This document shows positions 17,458-25,843 of a DNA stretch of 26,990 nt, piece by piece; the stretch's first letter is position 1, and each line of letters starts with the position of its first letter. A model generated the notes under the pieces. It was not told the origin of the DNA. It saw only the letters and a list, made by a program, of their open reading frames with translations, and ran no database searches. The stretch is taken from the IMG/VR virus record IMGVR_UViG_3300037751_000077, positions 1-26,990 of that record; one strand, written 5' to 3'. The translations under genes and the position numbers were made by a program. This DNA comes from a virus (lineage: Duplodnaviria > Caudoviricetes).

Positions 17458-18572
17458 TGGCAGTCATTACAGAAAATGGAATAGAACTTAGAACACTAGA
17501 ACAAATCGTATCAGACAATTCAGTTCTTTGGAGTGAAAAGACGGGCGACTTTGATGTAGCACCATCTAGCGCAGGGGGGGAACTTATCGCAATCAAAAGC
17601 GAAGTTGAAGCACGGGTCGATCAAGACATAGCTAACGCGTTTATCAATACTACCATCCAAGCAAGCGGCGCCAACCTCGATTTAGTCGCAGAAAGAAAAG
17701 GCGTGTATCGTCGCACGAATATCCCGACCGTTGCAATTATATCAATCACAGGCGATAATGGAACTACAATCACGCAAGGGACACAGTTTACCAGTTCAGC
17801 TAATGACGAGATATTCACGACTCAGTATCAAGCAGTAATAGCTGATGGTGTGGCTTTGGTATCTGTGCAATCCGTGAATTTCGACAGCATTATATGCCCT
17901 GCATTATCCTTGTCCTTAGTCACTCCTATTGCAGGCGTCACCACTGCCACAAATACGGCGAGCGGAATCATCGGCTATGTTGTAGAATCAGATGCATCTC
18001 TAAGACAGCGCATAGGCTTAGTCGGAACCGAATTAACTCATATCAAGGACGGCTTATTCTTTGCGCTCACAAGTCTCGCAGGCGTAGCAAAAGCAAGAGT
18101 CGTAGATAACAACACCGACGCTGTAATGTATGGCTTAGTCCCCGCCCGATATTTCGCCCCGGTTGTTTACGGGGGGAACGAGGAAGAAGTGGCTAGAACG
18201 ATATATCAATTCACCCAAAACGGGAACCCAAGCTACGGTGATATACAATCTGTAACGCCATCTCTGCGAGGACAAAATTACATTATTGAGTTTACTAGAG
18301 CTTCAGAGGTATCAGTAGCAATAACCATTTCTTATACAGCAGATTCAACTTTCGACATATTTTCAGGCGAAGGGCAGATAATTCAAAATGTTATTGATTA
18401 CGTGGACAATTTGGGAATAGGCGAAACGCTTTTTATTCAGAGGTTAGAAGCTTTATGTTTCATTAACGGCGTAACTTCGGTAGATATTTTACTGGACGCC
18501 GATGTGCTCGATATAGTTCCAGATTTTTATCAAATAATTATCACTAACAACCTATTGGTGAGTATTGTATGA
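17457..18572 (+). CDS. Baseplate J-like wedge protein
   Basis: ASGANLDL, ESDASLRQR and GVAKARV motifs. Confidence 0.9.
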   Translation: MAVITENGIELRTLEQIVSDNSVLWSEKTGDFDVAPSSAGGELIAIKSEVEARVDQDIANAFINTTIQASGANLDLVAERKGVYRRTNIPTVAIISITGDNGTTITQGTQFTSSANDEIFTTQYQAVIADGVALVSVQSVNFDSIICPALSLSLVTPIAGVTTATNTASGIIGYVVESDASLRQRIGLVGTELTHIKDGLFFALTSLAGVAKARVVDNNTDAVMYGLVPARYFAPVVYGGNEEEVARTIYQFTQNGNPSYGDIQSVTPSLRGQNYIIEFTRASEVSVAITISYTADSTFDIFSGEGQIIQNVIDYVDNLGIGETLFIQRLEALCFINGVTSVDILLDADVLDIVPDFYQIIITNNLLVSIV

Positions 18573-19174
18573 TCGATCACAACCTGAGAATTACGCCAAA
18601 ATTTAGAAACTCTACAAATTTTAAAAATGTTCTTGATTTTCTAGCCGCGTATGGTTCATCATCCTTGACGATTCTTAACGACGTTAACAATTTAGATAGC
18701 GAGTATGGGTTTATACTCGATGAAATAGGAAAAACGTTAGGCGCATTTCCCCGCCCATTCGTGCCAAAAACAATCGACGGACTGCCAACTATCTTTACTT
18801 ATGATCTATCAAAATATGACAGCGTTCCTTATGGGGAACTAGCAGGCTCTTATAGACCTATGTCGAATTTTGAATACTCTAAAATATTAAGAGTGTTTGC
18901 AAAAGGCATTAATTTTAGGGGCACGATACAAGAATGGGAGGATATTGTGTTTATCCTCACAGGGGTTAAATCGTACTTCTCAAATGCTGCTTCAAAATTT
19001 GGCATTATAGTTCAAAAAGATTTAGATATTACAGAAAAGGCTATTGTAGAATATGCGCTAAGATATAATTCATTAACGGTCAACATCGACTACATAGGCA
19101 CCACCGTATCTGAAACACCATTTACTTATGATGTGGCCCCCTATGACACAAGTGCGTATGTTACCCCTTGGTAG
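18569..19174 (+). CDS. Baseplate wedge protein (DUF2612 / gpI-like)
   Basis: GFILDEIGKTLG; follows baseplate J. Confidence 0.75.
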   Translation: MIDHNLRITPKFRNSTNFKNVLDFLAAYGSSSLTILNDVNNLDSEYGFILDEIGKTLGAFPRPFVPKTIDGLPTIFTYDLSKYDSVPYGELAGSYRPMSNFEYSKILRVFAKGINFRGTIQEWEDIVFILTGVKSYFSNAASKFGIIVQKDLDITEKAIVEYALRYNSLTVNIDYIGTTVSETPFTYDVAPYDTSAYVTPW

Positions 19175-19177
19175 ATA

Positions 19178-19186
19178 TGCTATAAT
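19178..19186 (+). promoter_or_regulatory. Extended -10 promoter upstream of tailspike
   Basis: TGCTATAAT followed by AGGAG RBS and ATG 19209. Confidence 0.65.
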
Positions 19187-19208
19187 TTTACATAAACAGG
19201 AGAAATAA

Positions 19209-21314
19209 ATGGCCAACCCAGAACTCGGCAAGTTTGACATAAATGACACAAATACAATACCAATACCAGCCTCTTTAACGAGCGATGGATATTTAACGGG
19301 CCAAACCCCAACAGCTTCTGAGCATAATGAACTTTTTAAACAGCTCTTTGCCGCAGCAAATAAGACCAAAAATGACGGTACATGGGAATGGGAAGACCCT
19401 GCAACTAACGATACTGAATACAACACAGGATCTATAGTTTCTGTTGGGGGTGTTCCATTTATTAGCAAAACAGATAATAATACGGAAACTCCAAGCGCAA
19501 CAAGTATTGATTGGCAGTCCGATATAGCCACGGTAAATAGCGTAGAAGACTTGGCAACAATCCCAAATGGGTATCAGTCTGCAATAGTAAAAGACTTAGA
19601 CAGAGGCGGAACTTTCATCTGGAGCGCCACTAGTACTGCTAACGGGGGTACTGTATTTGCAGGTGTTAGCGGGTACTGGGTTCGACAGCATATAGGAATA
19701 GTTGATGTAAAATGGTTTGGAGCGAAGGGTGATTTAGCAACAGATGATACTGTAGCTATTCAAAACGCAATTAATGCAATGACATTAGATGCAGGTAAGA
19801 CCATTTATTTTCAAGCAGGAATATATAAAGTTTCTTCAACGATACATATACCTTCCACCAAGCAAGGTCTAACGATCAAAGGTGAGGGGCAAGTAAGAAC
19901 TATGATATATAGAGCAACTGATTATGGGGATACGTTTGTATTCGGTGAGATAGGGGCAGCTTCTATAGAGTCAACTATAGTGGAAGGCATATTCTTTAAT
20001 CATGATTACGGCGGCTATGAAAACGGGCAACTCCCAAGCACTATGATAAATAAGCCCACCGCTGGTTCTCATTTTAAGTTATGGAATCCAGTGAGGCTTA
20101 TAGTTAGAAATTGCATGCTGTGGAATATGCCTCGAAATATGGAATTTAACGGCGGTTCAAAATGCGTAGTCCAGAATTGTTCATTTAGAGGTTCTTTTGA
20201 CCATGCGGAATCGCAACTCCAGGTCACATCAGAAAGCATATTATTACAGCAGGCATTACCCGCACAGGCATCTGCCCTCCCAACTGATATACAAATAATT
20301 GGGAATGACTTCGGAGGATATTTATCCCCACTCAGGTCTGTAACTTATGGAACATTTACAGGAAGTATTTCTGAAAATGTAGGTCCTTCAGCCGGGGTTA
20401 GAATAAAAGCTGCAGAAGTAATAACAATTTCAGGCGGCACAGTAGGCGGGCATAATAATGCAGGTATCTCAGTAGAGCCCCAAGACGGAGTTGGGTGTTT
20501 ATCTGTATTCATAAGAGGAATATTTTTTGATGGGAATAGACTGGCAGGGGTAAGAGCAAATAATAATGGCGGCACTCAATCATGCCCTAACCTTGAGATT
20601 CAAGACAATATATTTATAGGTCAAGAGAATTCCGACACTGCAGTATATATTGGGAGCTCTTCCGCAGACGCTGTGTCAAGCGTGGTCGGAGGTATTATTA
20701 GCGGTAATTCTTTTAGTACATATGTTAAATCAATGATAGTTATGCAAAAAGCCACTGGGGTAAAAGTAGCATGCAATATTATTAAAGATTGGAATACTAG
20801 GGCAGGATTTAATGCAGATATTGCTAACGCATCAGGAGTCTATTTAGTTAATACAGACAATGTTCAAATTGAAAATAATAAGATAGGAGGGGGGTTTGGT
20901 TTTGAGGCTTACACGGGGACAACTATGAATGCTTCTTACTACGGGATTACGATAGATATATTAACTATTAAACATGCAATATTAAATAATGACATTAGAA
21001 AAGACATGGTATTTACTCCGATTATAGATGCTAGCACATCTGCATCAACATCCTCTAAGAGACTTATAAATAATATTGGGTTTAATGAAGATAGGCCAGC
21101 AGAAATCCCAACATTCCCAGCTTCTGGGGATGACTACTATAACCATCTTGGATCACCTGCTTTTGTTACCATTGATGGTGGTACAGTAACACAGATAGTA
21201 TTGAACGGGCAACCCATACTAACAAGCACTCCTTTTCAAATTCCACTTGGGCCCGGGGATAGAATATCCATTGTTTACACTGTAGCCCCTAGCTGGGTTT
21301 GGTTCCCACAATAA
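19209..21314 (+). CDS. Tail fibre / tailspike with parallel beta-helix (putative polysaccharide depolymerase)
   Basis: N-terminal baseplate anchor, then VDVKWFGAKGDLATDDTVAIQNAIN...IYFQAGIYKVS (pectate lyase-3-like entry) and repeated N/G-rich strands. Confidence 0.85.
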   Translation: MANPELGKFDINDTNTIPIPASLTSDGYLTGQTPTASEHNELFKQLFAAANKTKNDGTWEWEDPATNDTEYNTGSIVSVGGVPFISKTDNNTETPSATSIDWQSDIATVNSVEDLATIPNGYQSAIVKDLDRGGTFIWSATSTANGGTVFAGVSGYWVRQHIGIVDVKWFGAKGDLATDDTVAIQNAINAMTLDAGKTIYFQAGIYKVSSTIHIPSTKQGLTIKGEGQVRTMIYRATDYGDTFVFGEIGAASIESTIVEGIFFNHDYGGYENGQLPSTMINKPTAGSHFKLWNPVRLIVRNCMLWNMPRNMEFNGGSKCVVQNCSFRGSFDHAESQLQVTSESILLQQALPAQASALPTDIQIIGNDFGGYLSPLRSVTYGTFTGSISENVGPSAGVRIKAAEVITISGGTVGGHNNAGISVEPQDGVGCLSVFIRGIFFDGNRLAGVRANNNGGTQSCPNLEIQDNIFIGQENSDTAVYIGSSSADAVSSVVGGIISGNSFSTYVKSMIVMQKATGVKVACNIIKDWNTRAGFNADIANASGVYLVNTDNVQIENNKIGGGFGFEAYTGTTMNASYYGITIDILTIKHAILNNDIRKDMVFTPIIDASTSASTSSKRLINNIGFNEDRPAEIPTFPASGDDYYNHLGSPAFVTIDGGTVTQIVLNGQPILTSTPFQIPLGPGDRISIVYTVAPSWVWFPQ

Positions 21315-21442
21315 AAAAGCTATATTGTGCCATTGGTTTGTAATAACTAAAAAGATGATAGATAGACTGCAACACATAAGTTAATTTGCTATAAAATAGT
21401 AATTATAGTAAAATATTATAAATCAGTTCAAGGGTTAAGTGC

Positions 21443-21769
21443 ATGGTAGATATAGAGCCAAGGGTTACAAAGCTAGAAAGCGATCACAACCTGTTGGCAT
21501 TCGAATTCCAAACCATAAACAAAACGCTTTCAAAAATTGAAGAAGCTATTGAGAAACAAAACGAGATCTCGTCAGATGTCCGCTCACTTAGACAAGAGCT
21601 TCAGTATCATACTTCATCATCAGCGCTCAGATCAGATAAAATAGAAGCCTCAATATCAGGCGGGATACCCCCTTCATTGTTAAAAACTCTTATATTTGTC
21701 ATGGTAGGTGTAGCTTCATCTTATGCAGTTTATAATGAAGTCCGCGTCACAGACATAAAAACAGTATAA
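21443..21769 (+). CDS. Coiled-coil plus one-TM lysis-region protein (holin/antiholin-like), apparently truncated by an in-frame TAA
   Basis: RVTKLE coiled coil, TM LIFVMVGVASSYAVY; frame stays open after TAA 21767 until TGA 21859. Confidence 0.6.
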   Translation: MVDIEPRVTKLESDHNLLAFEFQTINKTLSKIEEAIEKQNEISSDVRSLRQELQYHTSSSALRSDKIEASISGGIPPSLLKTLIFVMVGVASSYAVYNEVRVTDIKTV

Positions 21770-21855
21770 TCAAACATATCTTTAATTCAGCATCAACAGT
21801 CGATGCAGATAGAAAAAAGTGACAATCAGATATCTTATCTAAAGGGCCGTGTAAA

Positions 21856-22041
21856 ATGAAAAAATGGTACAAAAGTAAGACACACTGGTTTAATATCGGC
21901 ATAGGAATTATCGGCGCGCTTGAGCTAAACCTACACCTTTTGCAAGATGCCCTTGGAAACACTTATGGAGGCATCTTCATAGTCGTATCTATTATCGGGG
22001 TACTTCTCAGAAACGCAACTACACAGGCGGTGGAGAAATGA
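21856..22041 (+). CDS. Holin (two TM)
   Basis: MKKWYKSKTHWFN..., two hydrophobic segments, LRNATTQAV tail; in lysis cassette. Confidence 0.75.
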   Translation: MKKWYKSKTHWFNIGIGIIGALELNLHLLQDALGNTYGGIFIVVSIIGVLLRNATTQAVEK

Positions 22042-22391
22042 TTAACTTTCAATTGGCGATAATTTTAGCCGTGTCACTACTGGTCGCTTCGGTCTGCTAT
22101 AACTACGACCGCAAAGTAAGAAGTCTAACCTCGGAACTCGTAGAAAACCGAGAAAAACTTATAGACTGCAAAGGGAACGCGCTAAATTTAAAAGGCGCAG
22201 TGCTCGAGCAAAACAAAGCAATCGAGCTAGTTTCTAACGACTACATCACGAAAGTCGAAGAACTGGAAAAATGGAGAGCAAGACCGCGTGAAGTTCTCTA
22301 CAAAGAAGTTATAAAGATAGAGGAGGCCAAATCGGATGATTGCAAAGATATTAAAATACTTCTTGATGATATCCGCGCTGCTGGCTTTTAG
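22038..22391 (+). CDS. Inner-membrane spanin (Rz-like)
   Basis: N-terminal TM, coiled coil, C-terminal Cys; overlaps a lipoprotein gene. Confidence 0.75.
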   Translation: MINFQLAIILAVSLLVASVCYNYDRKVRSLTSELVENREKLIDCKGNALNLKGAVLEQNKAIELVSNDYITKVEELEKWRARPREVLYKEVIKIEEAKSDDCKDIKILLDDIRAAGF

Positions 22392-22569
22392 CGGATGCGT
22401 AGAAAAGCGCATAGAGTATAGAGACGTCCCTTTAGAGGTGCTAGTACCCGTTAAGTGCGTTACTCCTGCCACGGTATGCGACAGCAACCAATCGAGTTAC
22501 ACAGAGCTTGTTGTAGAGCTTAGACTGTGCATCGCCCGACTTAGAAAAGCTGAAGAGGTGTGTAAATGA
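22336..22569 (+). CDS. Outer-membrane lipoprotein spanin (Rz1-like)
   Basis: Signal peptide with lipobox AFSG-C, VPVKC motif; AGGAGG RBS at 22321-22326. Confidence 0.8.
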   Translation: MIAKILKYFLMISALLAFSGCVEKRIEYRDVPLEVLVPVKCVTPATVCDSNQSSYTELVVELRLCIARLRKAEEVCK

Positions 22570-22934
22570 TAGACTGGACAAAATTAAAGAACTTTACTAA
22601 AGCAGAGTTTGACTGCAAGCACACAGGTAAAAACGAAATGCAAGAAGCATTTATGCAAAAGCTCCAAGCAATGCGTACCGAATACGGAAAGAGCATGAGC
22701 ATCACCAGCGGGTATCGAGACCCTTCGCACCCGGTCGAAGCAAAGAAGGCAAAAGCGGGGCATCACTCAGAGGGCATGGCCTGCGATATAGCGTGTAATT
22801 CTGTCGAAGCCTATCCAATCATAAGACTAGCTATCAAGCACGGCTTCACGGGCATAGGTGTAAACATGAAGGGCAACTCTAGGTTTATCCACTTAGACAC
22901 TCGGCCGGGTGCAGGCATAGTTTACAGCTACTAA
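22566..22934 (+). CDS. Endolysin, peptidase M15A-like Zn peptidase
   Basis: FTKAEFDCK, ITSGYR, HSEGMACD and FIHLDTR motifs. Confidence 0.9.
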   Translation: MIDWTKLKNFTKAEFDCKHTGKNEMQEAFMQKLQAMRTEYGKSMSITSGYRDPSHPVEAKKAKAGHHSEGMACDIACNSVEAYPIIRLAIKHGFTGIGVNMKGNSRFIHLDTRPGAGIVYSY

Positions 22935-22945
22935 TTATAAACTTA

Positions 22946-22954
22946 TGCTATAAT
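22946..22954 (+). promoter_or_regulatory. Extended -10 promoter of a putative sRNA
   Basis: TGCTATAAT with no RBS or ORF downstream before a strong hairpin. Confidence 0.65.
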
Positions 22955-22960
22955 ACCACC

Positions 22961-23035
22961 AGCCCACTTGGGCGATCACTCTTTTCCTCCTTAAACTCCT
23001 TTTGCGGTCAGGCTTCATCTCCCTGACCAAATTTT
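22961..23035 (+). ncRNA. Putative ~75-nt small RNA with anti-Shine-Dalgarno motifs
   Basis: 5' hairpin GCCC-ACTT-GGGC, CU-rich linker with CCTCCTT and ACTCCTTTT, 3' hairpin GGTCAGG/CCTGACC. Confidence 0.55.
23006..23035 (+). terminator. Terminator-like hairpin ending the late region or sRNA
   Basis: GGTCAGG-CTTCATCTC-CCTGACC followed by AAATTTT (imperfect U-tract). Confidence 0.55.
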
Positions 23036-23049
23036 AAAACATACTTATA

Positions 23050-23084
23050 TTTTAATAAACTCTTAAGCAATATATACTTACAAT
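23050..23084 (+). promoter_or_regulatory. Putative promoter of the early/recombination operon
   Basis: TTTTAA-N7-TTAAGC...TACAAT, same spacing as 11802-11836; 5' hairpin CAGAGCA/TGCTTTG at 23093-23110. Confidence 0.55.
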
Positions 23085-23131
23085 TACCATAACAGAGCAT
23101 TTTTGCTTTGAGATATTTAAAAGGAGTAACA

Positions 23132-23284
23132 TTGTCAAAGACAAAAACAAACTTGTTTAACAAAACAGTTTATTTCAGCGAGGCCGACCGAAAAGAAGTA
23201 ATGGCCGCGTGGGAAGATTACAAAAAGAAAAATGGTGAGATTAGTTTCTCAAAATTCTTGGTCATTAAGGCCACCATAAAATAA
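23132..23284 (+). CDS. Putative RHH-like DNA-binding protein, 50 aa (not in the ORF track)
   Basis: AAGGAG RBS, TTG start; MSKTKTNLFNKTVYFSEADRKEVMAAWEDYKKKNGEISFSKFLVIKATIK. Confidence 0.6.
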   Translation: MSKTKTNLFNKTVYFSEADRKEVMAAWEDYKKKNGEISFSKFLVIKATIK

Positions 23285-23294
23285 GGGAGATAGG

Positions 23295-23498
23295 ATGGGC
23301 AGAGTAGATGCAGATTTAAATACATACTATAAGCGAATAGACAACCAAGATGCGGCGTATGAAAACTTTATTGCTTCAATAGAGGGTGAAATGGATGAGG
23401 TGTTTGATATTTTAAATAGTATCAAAACGCGATCTAAAAACGTGGACGGCTACGACTTTAGCGAACTTATCTTACAATACATCGAGGACTCACTATGA
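23295..23498 (+). CDS. Hypothetical acidic protein
   Basis: AAGGGAG RBS; ATGA overlap with the next gene. Confidence 0.7.
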   Translation: MGRVDADLNTYYKRIDNQDAAYENFIASIEGEMDEVFDILNSIKTRSKNVDGYDFSELILQYIEDSL

Positions 23499-23767
23499 AT
23501 TTAAGAGAGTTTAAAGATGCAGAAGATGATATGAACGATAAGCTACGAAGATTTTGCAGGCACAAGGGCTATATGCTTTGCTGCCAGTCTCAATATAGTA
23601 GTATTTATGTGAGCGTATACACAACGCCCGGGAACGATTCAACACTCAAAGTAGACGAGGGTACAGGCTTCCATATCTCTTTGGAAAACAAGCATGTAGA
23701 CCGCTACGAAGAAGTGCTCGAGTTTTTAAAGACAATCACGCTAGGAGAAAATGATGAAGCTATCTGA
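23495..23767 (+). CDS. Hypothetical protein
   Basis: GAGGA RBS; translationally coupled. Confidence 0.7.
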   Translation: MNLREFKDAEDDMNDKLRRFCRHKGYMLCCQSQYSSIYVSVYTTPGNDSTLKVDEGTGFHISLENKHVDRYEEVLEFLKTITLGENDEAI

Positions 23768-23999
23768 ATTTCTAAAAGAGCATCATGCTTATGATAAGTT
23801 TGTGAATAACTTTAGTGCGGATCCTGATTTCAACTGCTACGGTGGAGATGTAGATATAGACAATGCGTTTAACTGGAAGGACTCGCAAGAAGGACATATA
23901 TTTTGGATGGAGCTGGAAGATATCTTATATGACCAATATAATAATATTGAATATGATATGAACTTTTTACTAGAGGAGAAACAAAATGAAAAACATTAA
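23751..23999 (+). CDS. Hypothetical protein
   Basis: AGGAG RBS; AFNWKDSQEGHIFW aromatic motif. Confidence 0.7.
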   Translation: MMKLSEFLKEHHAYDKFVNNFSADPDFNCYGGDVDIDNAFNWKDSQEGHIFWMELEDILYDQYNNIEYDMNFLLEEKQNEKH

Positions 24000-24078
24000 A
24001 TTCATGCAGATGGTGCTAAGACATCATCCAAAATGCACAGTCGCAGAGTTCGCAACACTGTTAAAGTTCAGGGGCTAA
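23986..24078 (+). CDS. 30-aa peptide (not in the ORF track)
   Basis: GAGGAG at 23973-23978 then ATG; MKNIKFMQMVLRHHPKCTVAEFATLLKFRG. Confidence 0.55.
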   Translation: MKNIKFMQMVLRHHPKCTVAEFATLLKFRG

Positions 24079-24079
24079 G

Positions 24080-24196
24080 ATGGCATTAGTAGTTACGGCA
24101 GTCACGGTTTATCTAGTCGGCATTATTTTGCTATATAAAAAGTCACAACGACGCTGGGGTGAAAACTCAGGAACTAAAAACAAATACGAGGGGTGA
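24080..24196 (+). CDS. 38-aa single-TM peptide (not in the ORF track)
   Basis: AGGGG RBS; MALVVTAVTVYLVGIILLYKKSQRRWGENSGTKNKYEG; fills the gap before the next gene. Confidence 0.55.
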   Translation: MALVVTAVTVYLVGIILLYKKSQRRWGENSGTKNKYEG

Positions 24197-24200
24197 AGAG

Positions 24201-25106
24201 ATGAAAAAAGTTATAGAAGCGGAAATAGTAGAGATCGATATCTCAAAAGCGGTAGAAGTAAAGCAAAAGCCGATCATTGTTTATGAAATGCTGCAGTCAA
24301 TCAGCAAGGGCGTTGAAGAGAAGATAGCGTCACTAGATATCCAATCGCTACAAGCAACCGAAGACAACCTTTCTCTCATTAAGAGAACACGAGCTGATCT
24401 AACAAAAGACTTTAACGATCTGGAAAATCAGCGTAAGATGGTTAAAGAAATAATTATGAAAGATTACAATATCTTCGAGGATGACTATAAAAAGCTTATT
24501 TCATCGCTGTTTAAGGGCGCAGATGAACAGTTAAAAAGCCTTGCATCAGTAGTAGGTGATAGAATTTTATCTGCAAAGATTGACGGCATAAAAGAGTATT
24601 TTAATGAAGTCAATGATTACGAGTTTGTGGCATTCGACAATCTCGGCTTAAAAATCATAAAGTCAAAATCAGATAAATCTATAAAAGCTGAAATTGACGA
24701 GTATCTCGATACTATAAGCATGAGCCTAACAACAATCGAAACGCTTCAAAACAAAGAGCGAGTACTTGCAAAGTTCCAGATGAGCCGTGATCTTAATCGT
24801 GCAATATCGGAAACAAATATCGAAGTGCAACGCGAGGAGCAGATCAAAGCACAAAACGAAGAGCGGGCAAGACTGGAAATAGAACGCAAAGAACGTCAAG
24901 CAGAAGCACAGCAGCAACGCAACGAAGCTATTGAAGTAGAAGCAATGGAAACTGTGTCAGATTTTATCCCTGAGCCAGTGCGTGAACCGCAACCGATTGC
25001 TGAAGGGGAGATGGTTTATAAATGCACATTTTCAGTATACGCAACAAAAGCCCAGCTAAAACAATGCAAAGAGTTTTTTGCACAAATAGGAGTAAAGTAT
25101 GAGTAA
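24201..25106 (+). CDS. DUF1351-like coiled-coil protein
   Basis: TEDNLSLIKRTRADLTK...ENQRKMVK pattern; ends FFAQIGVKYE; GAGGGG RBS before ATG 24201; upstream of Bet. Confidence 0.75.
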   Translation: MKKVIEAEIVEIDISKAVEVKQKPIIVYEMLQSISKGVEEKIASLDIQSLQATEDNLSLIKRTRADLTKDFNDLENQRKMVKEIIMKDYNIFEDDYKKLISSLFKGADEQLKSLASVVGDRILSAKIDGIKEYFNEVNDYEFVAFDNLGLKIIKSKSDKSIKAEIDEYLDTISMSLTTIETLQNKERVLAKFQMSRDLNRAISETNIEVQREEQIKAQNEERARLEIERKERQAEAQQQRNEAIEVEAMETVSDFIPEPVREPQPIAEGEMVYKCTFSVYATKAQLKQCKEFFAQIGVKYE

Positions 25107-25809
25107 CGAGACACAACAAGAGAAGATGCTAGTATCGTACAAGATCGACGATACGGAAATCAAGCTCACGCCAAAGATAGTGCAGGATTACATTGTTAGC
25201 GGTAACGCTCAAATCACTCTGCCAGAGTTCAAGATGTTTACCGAACTGTGCAAGGTGCGAAAGCTTAACCCGTTCTTGAAAGAAGCATATCTAATCAAGT
25301 TCGGTTCACAGCCTGCGCAGATGGTTGTAGGAAAAGATGCAATTCTAAAGCGCGCTATCACAAATAAATCTTTTGACGGCAGAGAGCAGGGCATTATCGT
25401 ATTGCGTGCGGATGGAGCAATTGAGGAGCGCAACGGAACTTTTAAAATGAAAGATGAAGCACTTGTAGGCGGATGGGCTAAAGTATACCGCAAAGATTGG
25501 GGTCACCCTGTGTATATTACTGTCTCGTTCGATGAGGTAGCGCAAAAGGAAAATGACGGTATGCTTAACTCAAATTGGGCTACTAAAGGGGCAACGATGG
25601 TCGAGAAAGTAGCACTAATGCGTGGTCTACGTGAAGCTTTTGTGGAGGACTTGGGAGGCATGATCGATGAGGACGAGGCTTGGGATACTAAGCAAGATGT
25701 GCGACAATCAGACAAGCCTAAAATAATTCAGAAAGATACATTTGATGATGCGGAAGTGGTCAACGAAAATACAACGAATGTGACCTCGGTTAACTTAGAT
25801 GACATTTAA
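25099..25809 (+). CDS. bet: ssDNA-annealing recombinase (Bet/RecT family)
   Basis: LCKVRKLNPFLKEAYLIKFG, GGWAKVYRKD and MVEKVALMRGLREAF motifs. Confidence 0.9.
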   Translation: MSNETQQEKMLVSYKIDDTEIKLTPKIVQDYIVSGNAQITLPEFKMFTELCKVRKLNPFLKEAYLIKFGSQPAQMVVGKDAILKRAITNKSFDGREQGIIVLRADGAIEERNGTFKMKDEALVGGWAKVYRKDWGHPVYITVSFDEVAQKENDGMLNSNWATKGATMVEKVALMRGLREAFVEDLGGMIDEDEAWDTKQDVRQSDKPKIIQKDTFDDAEVVNENTTNVTSVNLDDI

Positions 25810-25843
25810 AACCATTCAGCATAGCAGATATTTAAACAATATT

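Noticed and set aside
19209-21442. Diversity-generating retroelement or invertible tail-fibre cassette
   Set aside because: No template/variable repeat pair, reverse transcriptase, invertase or inverted fibre fragments seen
22961-23035. tRNA or tRNA-like gene (about 75 nt)
   Set aside because: No cloverleaf, no T-loop GTTCRA, no acceptor stem
970-25715. Numerous minus-strand and alternate-frame ORFs inside structural and recombination genes (e.g. 7224-7742, 14124-14447, 16636-17085, 19073-19531, 25209-25493)
   Set aside because: They lie within well-supported genes and show no convincing SD or recognisable motifs; they look like shadow frames
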